From the NCBI GenBank assembly GCA_903837495.1, contig CAILUT010000031.1:29016-93015 (forward strand): a stretch of 64,000 nucleotides of DNA, written 5' to 3'. Under the pieces are notes generated by a model. It did no database searches. It saw only the letters and a list, made by a program, of their open reading frames with translations, and was not told the origin of the DNA. Shown piece after piece: positions 28,321 through 37,442 of the stretch (its first letter is position 1; every line of letters starts with the position of its first letter). A program made the position numbers and the translations under genes. Source of the stretch: an uncultured Flavobacteriales bacterium (GTDB taxonomy: Bacteria; Bacteroidota; Bacteroidia; CAIKAF01).

Positions 28321-29187
28321 ATGAACTCATTTCAGCGCATTTCAGACGATTACTGGGACCGGATTCTACGGCCTCGAAGCCCCTGGTGGAAACTTCCGGT
28401 ACGCGAAATTTGGGAATACCGCGACCTAATTCTACTGCTGTTCCGCCGCGATTTGATTTCCGTGTATAAGCAAACCGTGCTAGGGCCCATTTGGTTTTTT
28501 GTGGGACCTTTGTTTACGGTAGCGGTGTACACCTTGGTGTTTGGCCGGGTGGCCAAACTGCCCTCCGACGGGCTTCCGCCCCCCTTGTTCTATATGTCGG
28601 GCATTCTGCTTTGGTCTTTCTTCTCCTCCAATTTAACTGCAATTACGGGCAGTTTGGTTCAAAATGCTTCGCTGTTTGGTAAGGTGTACTTTCCACGTTT
28701 GGTTGTTCCTTTGTCCATTTTAATGTCAAGCCTTGTAAAATTAGGCATTCAAGCCTTGATGCTTTTGCTTTTGTTGGGCTATTTTGTGCTGAATACGGAT
28801 TTTTCTTGGAAGCCAGGACTGTCGCTGTGCTTGCTTCCATTTTTATTGCTCCTTTTGGCTTTAATTGCCTTGGGTTTAGGACTTGTGTTTGCTTCATTTT
28901 CCACCCGCTACCGCGATTTAAATCACTTGGTAGGATTTGGTGTGCTTTTGCTGATGTATGCCAGTCCGGTTATTTACCCCGCCTCTTTTGTGCCGCCATC
29001 GCTTCAGCCTTTTTTTGCCCTAAACCCCATCGCCCCCATCTTAGAAGCATTCAAATCGGGGCTGTTTGGTTTGCCCTTTTCCCATTGGACTGGCTTGGCC
29101 TACAGCTCGGCCTTTGCTCTGTTTACCTTGATTTTAGGATTGATGGCCTTTCAAAGGGTTGAAGGCCGTTTTGTTGATTACATTTAG
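28321..29187 (+). CDS. wzm: ABC polysaccharide exporter permease (copy 1)
   Basis: YRDLI..RRD...YKQTVLGP.W, KVYFPRL, RYRDL, YASPVIYP, NPI. Confidence 0.93.
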   Translation: MNSFQRISDDYWDRILRPRSPWWKLPVREIWEYRDLILLLFRRDLISVYKQTVLGPIWFFVGPLFTVAVYTLVFGRVAKLPSDGLPPPLFYMSGILLWSFFSSNLTAITGSLVQNASLFGKVYFPRLVVPLSILMSSLVKLGIQALMLLLLLGYFVLNTDFSWKPGLSLCLLPFLLLLLALIALGLGLVFASFSTRYRDLNHLVGFGVLLLMYASPVIYPASFVPPSLQPFFALNPIAPILEAFKSGLFGLPFSHWTGLAYSSAFALFTLILGLMAFQRVEGRFVDYI

Positions 29188-29190
29188 AGT

Positions 29191-30399
29191 ATGGGCGCCG
29201 CGCTGTTTGTCGATAATTTGAGCAAAGAATACCGCTTGGGCCAACAAAACGCCAGGCGTTGGTTGGGCCAGGCCTTGCCCTCGGGCAAGCAGAATTCAGA
29301 TGTCCTGCTCAAGGCTTTAGACGGGGTGTCTTTTGGTGTAGAACAGGGCGAGGTTTTGGGCATTATGGGCAGAAACGGAGCAGGAAAAAGCACCTTACTA
29401 AAACTCCTTTCCCGCATTACAGCTCCCAGTTCAGGCCAAATCAAGCAAAAAGGCAGAATGGCCAGTTTGCTTGAGGTAGGCACCGGGTTTCACCCAGATT
29501 TAACCGGCCGCGAAAACGTGTTTCTGAACGGTGCCATACTCGGCATGCGAAAAGCCGAAGTGCGGAAACGTTTGGATGAAATTGTTGAATTTGCAGGCGT
29601 CTCAGCCTTTTTAGATACGCCTGTAAAACGCTATTCTTCCGGTATGTATGTGCGGCTTGCCTTTGCCGTGGCCGCCCACCTTGACCCCGAAATCCTAATC
29701 ATCGACGAGGTTTTGGCAGTGGGCGATGCCGAATTTCAAAAAAAGTGCGTAGATAAAATGAAAAGCGCTTCGGCCGGACAAGGCAAAACCATTTTGTTTG
29801 TTTCCCATAACCTGGCTTTTGTTCAAGCCTTGTGCCCCCGAGCTATTTTGCTTGAGCAAGGGCGTTTAAAGGCCGATGGACCTACCGCCGATGTTATTCA
29901 GCATTACATTCAAGGCATTCAATCTTCTCAGGATTCTTTGACACGCTCAGGAAACTTGCTTGCCGAATTGCAAAGTCTGCAGATGTACAACGAAAAAGAT
30001 CAACCCTCAGCCTTGATTCAACAAGGCCAACCCTGTTCCTTTGTGCTGGAATACCATGCTAAGCAGGCTTTGGAACAAGTGGGTGTTGCCCTTGGATTTA
30101 ACGACATGGGCGGGCAGCGGATTTTATCTATTTGGTCCGAATTTCAACAGCAACGGTTTTCGTTTAGCCCTGGCATGAATACCATACGAATAACCTTGCC
30201 TGCCATGAAGCTGATGCCTGCCAATTATATGTTGGCCTCTTACCTAACCGCTTCTGGAAACTTGGTCGAAGACGTGGTGGATGTTCAACAGCTCTTGGTG
30301 GTTGCACCCCCTTTAAAAGAAGGCTTTGCCGCCCCTTCCTTAAACCAGGGTGTTTTTAACGACGAGGCTACAATTCTACTTGAAACCCCCAATAAATGA
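29191..30399 (+). CDS. wzt: ABC polysaccharide exporter ATPase with C-terminal Wzt_C domain (copy 1)
   Basis: GRNGAGKST, YSSGMYVRLAF, IIDEVLAVGD. Confidence 0.93.
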   Translation: MGAALFVDNLSKEYRLGQQNARRWLGQALPSGKQNSDVLLKALDGVSFGVEQGEVLGIMGRNGAGKSTLLKLLSRITAPSSGQIKQKGRMASLLEVGTGFHPDLTGRENVFLNGAILGMRKAEVRKRLDEIVEFAGVSAFLDTPVKRYSSGMYVRLAFAVAAHLDPEILIIDEVLAVGDAEFQKKCVDKMKSASAGQGKTILFVSHNLAFVQALCPRAILLEQGRLKADGPTADVIQHYIQGIQSSQDSLTRSGNLLAELQSLQMYNEKDQPSALIQQGQPCSFVLEYHAKQALEQVGVALGFNDMGGQRILSIWSEFQQQRFSFSPGMNTIRITLPAMKLMPANYMLASYLTASGNLVEDVVDVQQLLVVAPPLKEGFAAPSLNQGVFNDEATILLETPNK

Positions 30400-31310
30400 G
30401 CCATTTGGACTTGCATCTGGTCGATTTTCTGCTGCACCGCCTTCGGATGTATCGGAATTGGCGCAGCATGAAACCCCAGCACTTCAAACAATGGAAAAAA
30501 CGCTATGTGTTTGAATTGCAGTTCGGAAATAAAGATCGAATTCCGTTTCCCCTTCCGGGCGGCATTCAAATAATCCTGGAAAAAAACAACCAGCTTTCGT
30601 TTGCTATTTATCAGGGTTTCGAAGAAGATGAGCTTGCTTTTGTTCAAGATTTTTTGCGGCCCGGAATGGGCTTTTTAGACATCGGAGCCAATGTGGGCCT
30701 GTTCTCTTTGCATGCCGCCAAAATCCTAAAAGGCTCAGCCCCGTGCATTGCGGTAGAACCCGCCTCTAAAACCCGTCATAAACTCGAAGAAAACCTTGCC
30801 CTAAATCACCTTAGCCAGGTTCAAATTTTACCCTTGGCTTTTTCCGACACCCAAGGAGAATTGCCCTTGCTTTTGGCCGAAGACGGTTTCGATGCATTCC
30901 ATTCTTTTGCCCAGCCTTTTATGGGCGGGAAAATTGGACAGGAAATGGTACAAACCCAAACCCTTGATAACTGGACCCAAGAGAACCCCGAATTGGCGGC
31001 CTCCATTCGCTTAGTTAAGTTGGACGTAGAGGGCTGGGAAGTCAAGGTGCTGAAAGGTGCATCCAATTGGTTGGCTCAACCCAATGCTCCTATTTTGTTG
31101 GTTGAATTTACAGAAGCCAATGCCCAACAGGCGGGGCATTCCTGTGTGGAACTGTCAGAATCCCTTTTCCAACTTGGCTATACCTTGTTCCGCTATCAGC
31201 CTAAAACCAAAACCTTACTGCCCGAGCTTCCAGGAAAAACCTACGACTACTGCAATTTGTTGGCCATTAAGGATCCAAACCAAGTTCGTGAACAATTGAA
31301 TGCCAAATGA
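30396..31310 (+). CDS. FkbM-family methyltransferase
   Basis: DIGANVG, AVEP, KLDVEGWE..VLKGA. Confidence 0.92.
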   Translation: MSHLDLHLVDFLLHRLRMYRNWRSMKPQHFKQWKKRYVFELQFGNKDRIPFPLPGGIQIILEKNNQLSFAIYQGFEEDELAFVQDFLRPGMGFLDIGANVGLFSLHAAKILKGSAPCIAVEPASKTRHKLEENLALNHLSQVQILPLAFSDTQGELPLLLAEDGFDAFHSFAQPFMGGKIGQEMVQTQTLDNWTQENPELAASIRLVKLDVEGWEVKVLKGASNWLAQPNAPILLVEFTEANAQQAGHSCVELSESLFQLGYTLFRYQPKTKTLLPELPGKTYDYCNLLAIKDPNQVREQLNAK

Positions 31311-32434
31311 GCTTTTCGCCGACCTTGCCTCCACCCCTTGGCTTTGAACAACTTTTAAACGAAGAAGCCTTTCACGTCGAGTACGATTCCCGCTTGGCTT
31401 GGCCCCAAATCAGCATCGTGGTTCCCAGCTTTCAACAGGGCCGATTTTTAGAAACAACCCTGCGCAGCCTTTTTCTTCAAGCCTACCCAAACCTTCAAGT
31501 TGTTCTAATTGATGGGGGCAGCACCGATGAAACCCTGAAGGTCATAGAACATTATTCTAGCCAACTTTCCTTTTGGATTTCAGAGCCCGACCAAGGTCAA
31601 AGCGACGCATTAAACAAAGGCATTGCCAAATGCACAGGCCAGGTTTTTAATTGGTTGAATTCCGACGACTGGCTCGAAACCGGCGCCCTTCACCTTATTG
31701 GAAGCCAGTTTCTCGACCCCAGTGTTTTGGCATTCACCACCCGGGCCAACATTATCAAATCCAACAATTTGGATTACATCAATTCCGCCTGCGCCCTTTT
31801 TCCTTCGCTTTGGGATACCGCCTCGGTAAGGGGCTTGAATCAGCAAGGGTTGTTTTACCGTATGGATTGCATCCGCAGCTTAAACGGGGTGGACCCCTTG
31901 TACCACTATTCCATGGATTTGGATTTATGGATTCGCTTTTTGCTCAGCTTTGGGCAAAAAGGGGTACGCAGTTCCGATGCGGTAACGGCCAACTTTCGCT
32001 TTCATGCGAACTCCAAAAGCGAGGTCGAGGGCTGGGGCCCCGGATCGGCAAGCGACCTAGAAACCAAGGCCATGCGCATTCGCTTTGCCAATGCCTTTGC
32101 CCCTGAATTCTTGCCCGCTATGAAAAAAGCCTATCCCGATTTTGCCACAAGCCGTTTAGAAAAACCACCCCATTCTAAGCTTGATTCATCGGTGGTTAGA
32201 ACCTGGCTAAGCCACCTTTTGTTTGGTCAAGCACAACGGGCCTTTTTTGAAAATGAAATCCAAACGGTACAAGAACGCTTGCAGGGATGGAACCCTGGGC
32301 ATTTGCCAAAATCTATGCAACGAGACTATTTTGCCTATCAAAGCGCAGGAAAATCAATGTTGAAAAGGGCGACCAACTCCTTGAAGGGCAGGCTATACAA
32401 CCTGAGACCTGTTCCGAAATCCAATCTTGAATAA
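31307..32434 (+). CDS. Glycosyltransferase family 2
   Basis: ISIVVPSFQQG, DGGSTD, GQSDALNKG, WLNSDD. Confidence 0.92.
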   Translation: MSFSPTLPPPLGFEQLLNEEAFHVEYDSRLAWPQISIVVPSFQQGRFLETTLRSLFLQAYPNLQVVLIDGGSTDETLKVIEHYSSQLSFWISEPDQGQSDALNKGIAKCTGQVFNWLNSDDWLETGALHLIGSQFLDPSVLAFTTRANIIKSNNLDYINSACALFPSLWDTASVRGLNQQGLFYRMDCIRSLNGVDPLYHYSMDLDLWIRFLLSFGQKGVRSSDAVTANFRFHANSKSEVEGWGPGSASDLETKAMRIRFANAFAPEFLPAMKKAYPDFATSRLEKPPHSKLDSSVVRTWLSHLLFGQAQRAFFENEIQTVQERLQGWNPGHLPKSMQRDYFAYQSAGKSMLKRATNSLKGRLYNLRPVPKSNLE

Positions 32435-32471
32435 TGTGCCCAAATGCAGCATGCCGTTTTTTGGAGGTTGA

Positions 32472-33158
32472 TTACTCCGGGAAAGATCCCACATGCATCA
32501 AAGCGTCTAAAACGCTAAGCCCTGGAACAAAAGGGTTCCCAAACTGAGGATAAACGGGATGGACAAAGGGTGAAAATACCACCTCGATGTCCGCACGGCG
32601 GAAGGCGTCTAAATCTAAGTAATGCCTTGAACCGCCGCTGCCCGCCAAGTAACGGTTTGCCCCCAGGCTTTTGCACAATTCAATTAAAAGTTCTGATTTT
32701 TGAGGCCGATTCGGTCCGTTTTCAATTAGGTTTGAAGAGCGGACCAGCTGAGGGGCCCAGCCCAGAGCCGAACACACCGATTCAATTCCGTTTATGTTGA
32801 AATCGGCCAAGTTCAAAGAAGGAAAATGCAGGATGGACTCGACCAAGGGCCAGATTTGGTTTTTAAAAGGAGCTCGGGCATAATTTTGAGCCAACGATTT
32901 AAGGTGCTTGTCCAAATGGTTCCCAGCCAAAATTTCTTCGTCTTTTATTTGCTTCGCCCCTGTTTTTTTAATGGGCAGGCTTAAATATCCTGGTTGATTG
33001 CCCAATAAAACGCGGGTTCGGTGGGTTATGGCGGAAGCCCCCCCCGTTGAAAGCGGGACAGAATCTTGGAAGACAAACACATCCGAGTGCTGGATTTTGT
33101 AAAAATAACCCAACCAGGGAAGAAAATTGGGTTGATGAATGGCACAGGTAACCGACAT
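32472..33158 (-). CDS. WbqC-family protein (putative aminoacyl/glycyl transferase)
   Basis: AIHQPNFLPWLGYF.K, NYARAPF, YPQ..PF.PGLS.LD.L. Start ATG 33158. Confidence 0.9.
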   Translation of the reverse strand: MSVTCAIHQPNFLPWLGYFYKIQHSDVFVFQDSVPLSTGGASAITHRTRVLLGNQPGYLSLPIKKTGAKQIKDEEILAGNHLDKHLKSLAQNYARAPFKNQIWPLVESILHFPSLNLADFNINGIESVCSALGWAPQLVRSSNLIENGPNRPQKSELLIELCKSLGANRYLAGSGGSRHYLDLDAFRRADIEVVFSPFVHPVYPQFGNPFVPGLSVLDALMHVGSFPE

Positions 33159-33186
33159 GGTATGGAATAGATTTACCCTTGAGGGA

Positions 33187-33700
33187 TTATTCCTGCACCA
33201 TAAATTTGCTGAGGCCAACCTGATCTCCCTGATTTAAAATCAAGGTGTACAGGTCTGCAGCCAGCGTTTTTGACGGAATGGTTAAGGCCTGCCTCCCAGC
33301 GCTGTAAATGCCTTCGCCGGAAAGCATGGTTTTGCCCTCGGCCCCCATTTAACCACAATTTAAGATTGCCCAAAGCGCCAAAATCAACAACTTGAAATTT
33401 AGCAGCAGTAGAAAACAACACATTCCCGGCACAACGGACCCGAATAAAATAAGTGTTTGGTGTTAAAATGGGCAAAAGGGTGTCGCGGCGGCTGGTTTGA
33501 ACAGTTTGAGAAGTTTGAAAAAGGCTGTCGGTATCCCATTCCAAATCAAAAGTGCTGCAGGCAGAATATTGCCAACGCACAGCAATTTGGCCTATGCCAT
33601 GCACGGAAGCATTCAACGGATCCTCTAACAAAGGTCTTTGACTGCGCACAGAGCCAAATAAAAAGGTAAAAACAAAGAAAAAGGCCAAGAATGTCCGCAT
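33187..33700 (-). pseudogene. Internally deleted T9SS cargo gene (N-terminus joined out of frame to the CTD)
   Basis: MRTFLAFFF signal peptide and ...GNLKLWLNG, then in another frame AEGKTMLSG...LTIPSKTLAADLYTLILNQGDQVGLSKFMVQE* (stop at 33187). Junction about 33341-33346. Confidence 0.7.
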
Positions 33701-33831
33701 TAGGTAAAATCTAGCGTAAAAGTACAAAAGAACCAGCATCAAATAGAGAAGGGTTGGATGGGTGATTGACGGGTTTTGAAAGTCAAAAATACAATTCAAG
33801 GGAAAATAAATTTGTGCTTAGCCACATGAAA

Positions 33832-33847
33832 ACAACTTGAAAGTTGT
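33832..33847. promoter_or_regulatory. Perfect inverted repeat ACAACTT-GA-AAGTTGT, candidate operator
   Basis: Lies between TAAATTTG boxes (33808, 33876) upstream of the wHTH regulator. Confidence 0.45.
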
Positions 33848-33892
33848 AAAAACTATGAATTGTTTAAAAAACGAGTAAATTTGTTGCTCAAT

Positions 33893-34423
33893 ATGATTGA
33901 AGGCCTCATCAGTTCCAAAACCCGAATCCGTTTGCTGGTCAAGTTCTTCTTGAACCCAGCCGTTACTGCCTACCTGCGGGAAATCGCTACCGAATTTGGG
34001 GAAAGCACCAACGGAATACGCTTGGAGCTAAACCGGTTAAGCGAAGCTGGGCTTTTGGAATCCGCACCCGAAGGCAAAACCATCCGATACAAAGCCAACC
34101 ATGGGCATCCCCTTTTTCCGGAGCTGAAAGCCATCGTTGGCAAGTACACCGGCTTGGACGCCCTAGCTCAGCAGGTTTTTCAGCGGCTGGGCGAACTCCA
34201 AGCGGCCTATTTGGTGGGCGATTATGCCCAAGGGAAAGACAGCGGCATCATTGATGTGGTGCTGGTGGGCAAGGTGGACGAGGCGGCCCTAAACCAACTG
34301 GTTCAAAAAGCCGAAGCCCTGATTTCCCGTCGGATTCGCTGCTTAACCGTTAGTCCTCAGGAATGGCAAGCCTTGCTGGACAAACGAACCTTTGAACGGC
34401 CCATGTTGGCCTGGTCGGCCTAA
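33893..34423 (+). CDS. ArsR-like winged-helix plus degenerate nucleotidyltransferase-fold regulator
   Basis: SKTRIRLL..FF.NP..AYLREIA.EFGESTN.IR.ELNRL; C-terminal YLVGDYAQGKDSGIIDVVLVG. Confidence 0.85.
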   Translation: MIEGLISSKTRIRLLVKFFLNPAVTAYLREIATEFGESTNGIRLELNRLSEAGLLESAPEGKTIRYKANHGHPLFPELKAIVGKYTGLDALAQQVFQRLGELQAAYLVGDYAQGKDSGIIDVVLVGKVDEAALNQLVQKAEALISRRIRCLTVSPQEWQALLDKRTFERPMLAWSA

Positions 34424-34497
34424 GTTTCGCCGGCCTTTTTTAACCTGCCCTTTTGTTCCAAGAATTGGGACTCAAAGGGCGTAGCTGTGCAACATGC

Positions 34498-35322
34498 ATG
34501 TATAAAATAGAACCGCACCCCCCTTGGTATAAGCTCAACTTGAAGGAGCTTTGGACCTACCGAGATTTGATTTTGATTTTTGTACGCCGGGACATTGTTT
34601 CCATGTACAAGCAGACCATCTTAGGCCCCCTTTGGTTTTTCTTGGCCCCCCTGTTCACGGTTTTAACCTTTACCTTGGTGTTTAACCGAATTGCCGGGCT
34701 TAGCACCGATGGTTTGCCAGCCCCCCTGTTCTACCTGACGGGGACCACCCTTTGGAATTATTTTCAACAAAGTTTTTTAGGGGCTTCTGGCACCTTTGTT
34801 TCCAATGCCCAACTCTTTGGCAAGGTTTATTTTCCTAGGCTTGCAGCCCCCTTGGCATTGGTTGTTTCCAACCTGTTTAAGTTCTTTATACAATTTGGAA
34901 TGCTGATGGTTTTTTGGACCTATTATTGGCAGCAAGGCCTTGTTGCCCCTTCGCTTAAAATGCTCTATTTGCCCTTGTTTTTGGTCTTGATGGCTCTGCT
35001 GGCCTTGGGTGTCGGATTGTTGGTGTCGTCCCTGACCACCAAGTACCGCGATTTAAGCTATTTTTTGGGTTTTGGGGTTACCCTGCTTATGTATGCCAGC
35101 CCGGTCATTTATTCCATGAATCAGGTGCCGCCTCAATATCAGGGTTTGGCGAACTGGAATCCACTGGCCCCTGTGCTGGAAGGGTTCCGGTATTGCCTGA
35201 CAGGGGCCGGGCAATTGTCCTGGTCCGGGCTGGGATTCAGCACCCTCATCGCTCTGCTCTTGCTAACGGTTGGGGCTTTTATGTTTAACCGAACCGAGAA
35301 AACCTTTATGGATACCGTATGA
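34498..35322 (+). CDS. wzm: ABC polysaccharide exporter permease (copy 2)
   Basis: YRDLI..RRD..YKQTILGPLW, KVYFPRL, KYRDL, YASPVIY. Start ATG 34498. Confidence 0.93.
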   Translation: MYKIEPHPPWYKLNLKELWTYRDLILIFVRRDIVSMYKQTILGPLWFFLAPLFTVLTFTLVFNRIAGLSTDGLPAPLFYLTGTTLWNYFQQSFLGASGTFVSNAQLFGKVYFPRLAAPLALVVSNLFKFFIQFGMLMVFWTYYWQQGLVAPSLKMLYLPLFLVLMALLALGVGLLVSSLTTKYRDLSYFLGFGVTLLMYASPVIYSMNQVPPQYQGLANWNPLAPVLEGFRYCLTGAGQLSWSGLGFSTLIALLLLTVGAFMFNRTEKTFMDTV

Positions 35323-35546
35323 GGCCGGCATTAAAAATAGAAGGGGTATCCAAGCAATACCGCTTAGGCAGGGTAGGGGCTTCCAGCTTAAGGGACGATG
35401 TGCAGCGGATTTGGGCAGGGATTCAACTTTCGCCCAGTCCTTTTTTAAGCCGTGACGAGGCCAATGACCGAACTAAAAAAAGCGAGGATGCCTATGTCTG
35501 GGCATTGAAAGACATCAACTTTACGGTGAACCCCGGAGATGTTTAG
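35319..35546 (+). pseudogene. wzt: Truncated Wzt N-terminus (75 aa, stops before Walker A)
   Basis: 51/75 gapless identity (hand count) to the N-terminus of the Wzt at 48946. ATGA-coupled to wzm2. Confidence 0.85.
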
Positions 35547-35563
35547 TATTATTCACCGCATCC

Positions 35564-36661
35564 ATGCCCGGTCCAAACCTGCTTAATATTTCGGTTACCC
35601 GTCCGTTTTTGCCACCTGAATCAGAAGTGGAGGGTTTAATAAGGGGGGTTTTCCGGCGCAACCACCTGACCAACCACGGTCCGCTCAACATGGAATTGAA
35701 CCAGCTTTTGGAATCCAGGGTCTCCCTGCATCATGCGTACGTTTCCAACGGCACCATCTCCCTGCAATTGCTCTTAAAATCCTTGGGCTGTTCTGGCGAG
35801 ATTGTTACCACCCCTTTTTCGTACGTGGCCACCACCAATGCCATTCTTTGGGAAGGCGGCACACCCGTTTTCGCAGATGTTGACCCTAAGACCTGCAACG
35901 CAAATCCTGAAGCGGTGGAACGGGCTATAGGAACCAACACCAAAGGGTTGCTCTTTACCCATGTGTATGGAATCCCTTGCGATGTAGCGGCCCTTGAAAA
36001 AATCGCCGAAAAGTATGGAATATGGTTGGTTTTTGATGCCGCCCATGCCTTTGATGTACAGTATAAAGGCAGGTCCTTGTATTCCTATGGCACCGCCGCC
36101 TCTGCCAGCTACCACGCCACCAAAATTTTCCATACCGTTGAGGGCGGTGGAGTGTATTCCAAAGATCTGGGATTAATGAGGGCCGTTCGGCAGCTGATGA
36201 ACTTTGGACATACCAGCCCAGAGACCTTTGACCGTCCGGGCATCAACGCCAAGAATTCGGAATTCCATGCGGCCATGGGACTTTGCATTCTTCCCCACAT
36301 GCCTGAAATCATTGCCCGGCGCAAAGCCTTGTCGGAACGCTACGAGGCTCAAATTCCTAAGGGACTCAGCCGCCCCATTCTGCCCGAGGAAACGGAATAC
36401 AACTACGCTTACTATCCTGTTTTTTTTCCAAATCAGGAGGCTTTGTTGCAAACCAAAGCTGCATTGGAACAGGCAGGAATTGGCACCCGCCGGTATTTTA
36501 ACCCCTCTCTAAATACCCTCCCTTATTTAAGCGAAACCCAAGCTTGCCCGGTTTCAGAGGACCTCAGCAGCAGGGTGCTTTGCCTCCCCCTGTATCCCGA
36601 TTTAAGAGACTTGGACCAGGAATACATTTTAGACCATTTACATCGCAATTTTACGGAATGA
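35564..36661 (+). CDS. DegT/DnrJ sugar aminotransferase (VioA-like)
   Basis: TNHGPL, SNGT, TTPFSYVAT, DAAHAF, SYHATKIFHTVEGG, GINAKNSEFHAAMG. Confidence 0.92.
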   Translation: MPGPNLLNISVTRPFLPPESEVEGLIRGVFRRNHLTNHGPLNMELNQLLESRVSLHHAYVSNGTISLQLLLKSLGCSGEIVTTPFSYVATTNAILWEGGTPVFADVDPKTCNANPEAVERAIGTNTKGLLFTHVYGIPCDVAALEKIAEKYGIWLVFDAAHAFDVQYKGRSLYSYGTAASASYHATKIFHTVEGGGVYSKDLGLMRAVRQLMNFGHTSPETFDRPGINAKNSEFHAAMGLCILPHMPEIIARRKALSERYEAQIPKGLSRPILPEETEYNYAYYPVFFPNQEALLQTKAALEQAGIGTRRYFNPSLNTLPYLSETQACPVSEDLSSRVLCLPLYPDLRDLDQEYILDHLHRNFTE

Positions 36662-37386
36662 ATGCACCTGTTTTATTGGTCCTTACCGACAACCTCCAAA
36701 TGCTGGGCGAGTTCAGAACCCGTGCGGTACATCACCGACACACCCGCTTTCATTATGCCTTTAGTCCCGAAAACGAGCAAGCCGAAGAGTTCATTCGCAG
36801 GGGATGCTTCCCATTGAGCGTGCATAAGGACTTTGAGCAAATTCTGCGCGATTATACCAAGGTCCTTTCCATCCACAGCAAGCAGGTTTTCCCGGCCAAG
36901 CTGGTCAACACCTTGCCCTGCTATAACTTGCATCCCGGCCTTAACCCTTACAACCGAGGCTGGTCGCCTCAGGTTTTTTCCATTTTAAACAAGCTGCCAC
37001 TGGGAGCCACGTTGCACGAAATGGTGGAAAAGGTCGATGCCGGTCCAATAATTGATCAGATAGAAGTTAAAGTGGAGTCTTGGGACACCTCTGAAACCGC
37101 CTATGCCAAGGTCATCGCTGCGGAATGCGAATTGCTGGACACCCATTTAGGCTCTATTTTGAATTCAAGCTATGTTGCACGTGCGCCCCACATTAAAGGC
37201 AATTTCAACACACTAGCCCGTTTTCAGGCTTTGATGCCCCTGGATTTGAATGAACCAGCCACCTTCGGGGAATGCATAGACCGCTTGCGGGCCTTGAGCC
37301 ATCCACCCTATTGGAATGCCTATTTTATTGATGGAGATGGCCGAAAGGTGTTTGTTCGGGTTGAGACCTTTGTGGAGGGGGAATAG
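36658..37386 (+). CDS. dTDP-4-amino-4,6-dideoxyglucose formyltransferase (VioF/WbtJ-like)
   Basis: LVLTDN, SIHSKQVFP, NLHPGLNPYNRGW.PQVFSI, GATLHEM...VDAGPIIDQ, RALSH..Y.NAYF. Start ATG 36658. Confidence 0.88.
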   Translation: MNAPVLLVLTDNLQMLGEFRTRAVHHRHTRFHYAFSPENEQAEEFIRRGCFPLSVHKDFEQILRDYTKVLSIHSKQVFPAKLVNTLPCYNLHPGLNPYNRGWSPQVFSILNKLPLGATLHEMVEKVDAGPIIDQIEVKVESWDTSETAYAKVIAAECELLDTHLGSILNSSYVARAPHIKGNFNTLARFQALMPLDLNEPATFGECIDRLRALSHPPYWNAYFIDGDGRKVFVRVETFVEGE

Positions 37387-37442
37387 GGGAATTAAGGCCA
37401 CTAGAAAGGCAATAAAATCCCGAAAAAAATCCAATACCTTTC

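Noticed and set aside
33173-33799. Intact 208-aa gene as given in the ORF track
   Set aside because: The C-terminal ~55 aa are an out-of-frame reading of a T9SS CTD, and the start is better placed at 33700
33893-34423. MNT-HEPN toxin-antitoxin module
   Set aside because: No HEPN partner adjacent, and the catalytic GS/DxD motif is degenerate
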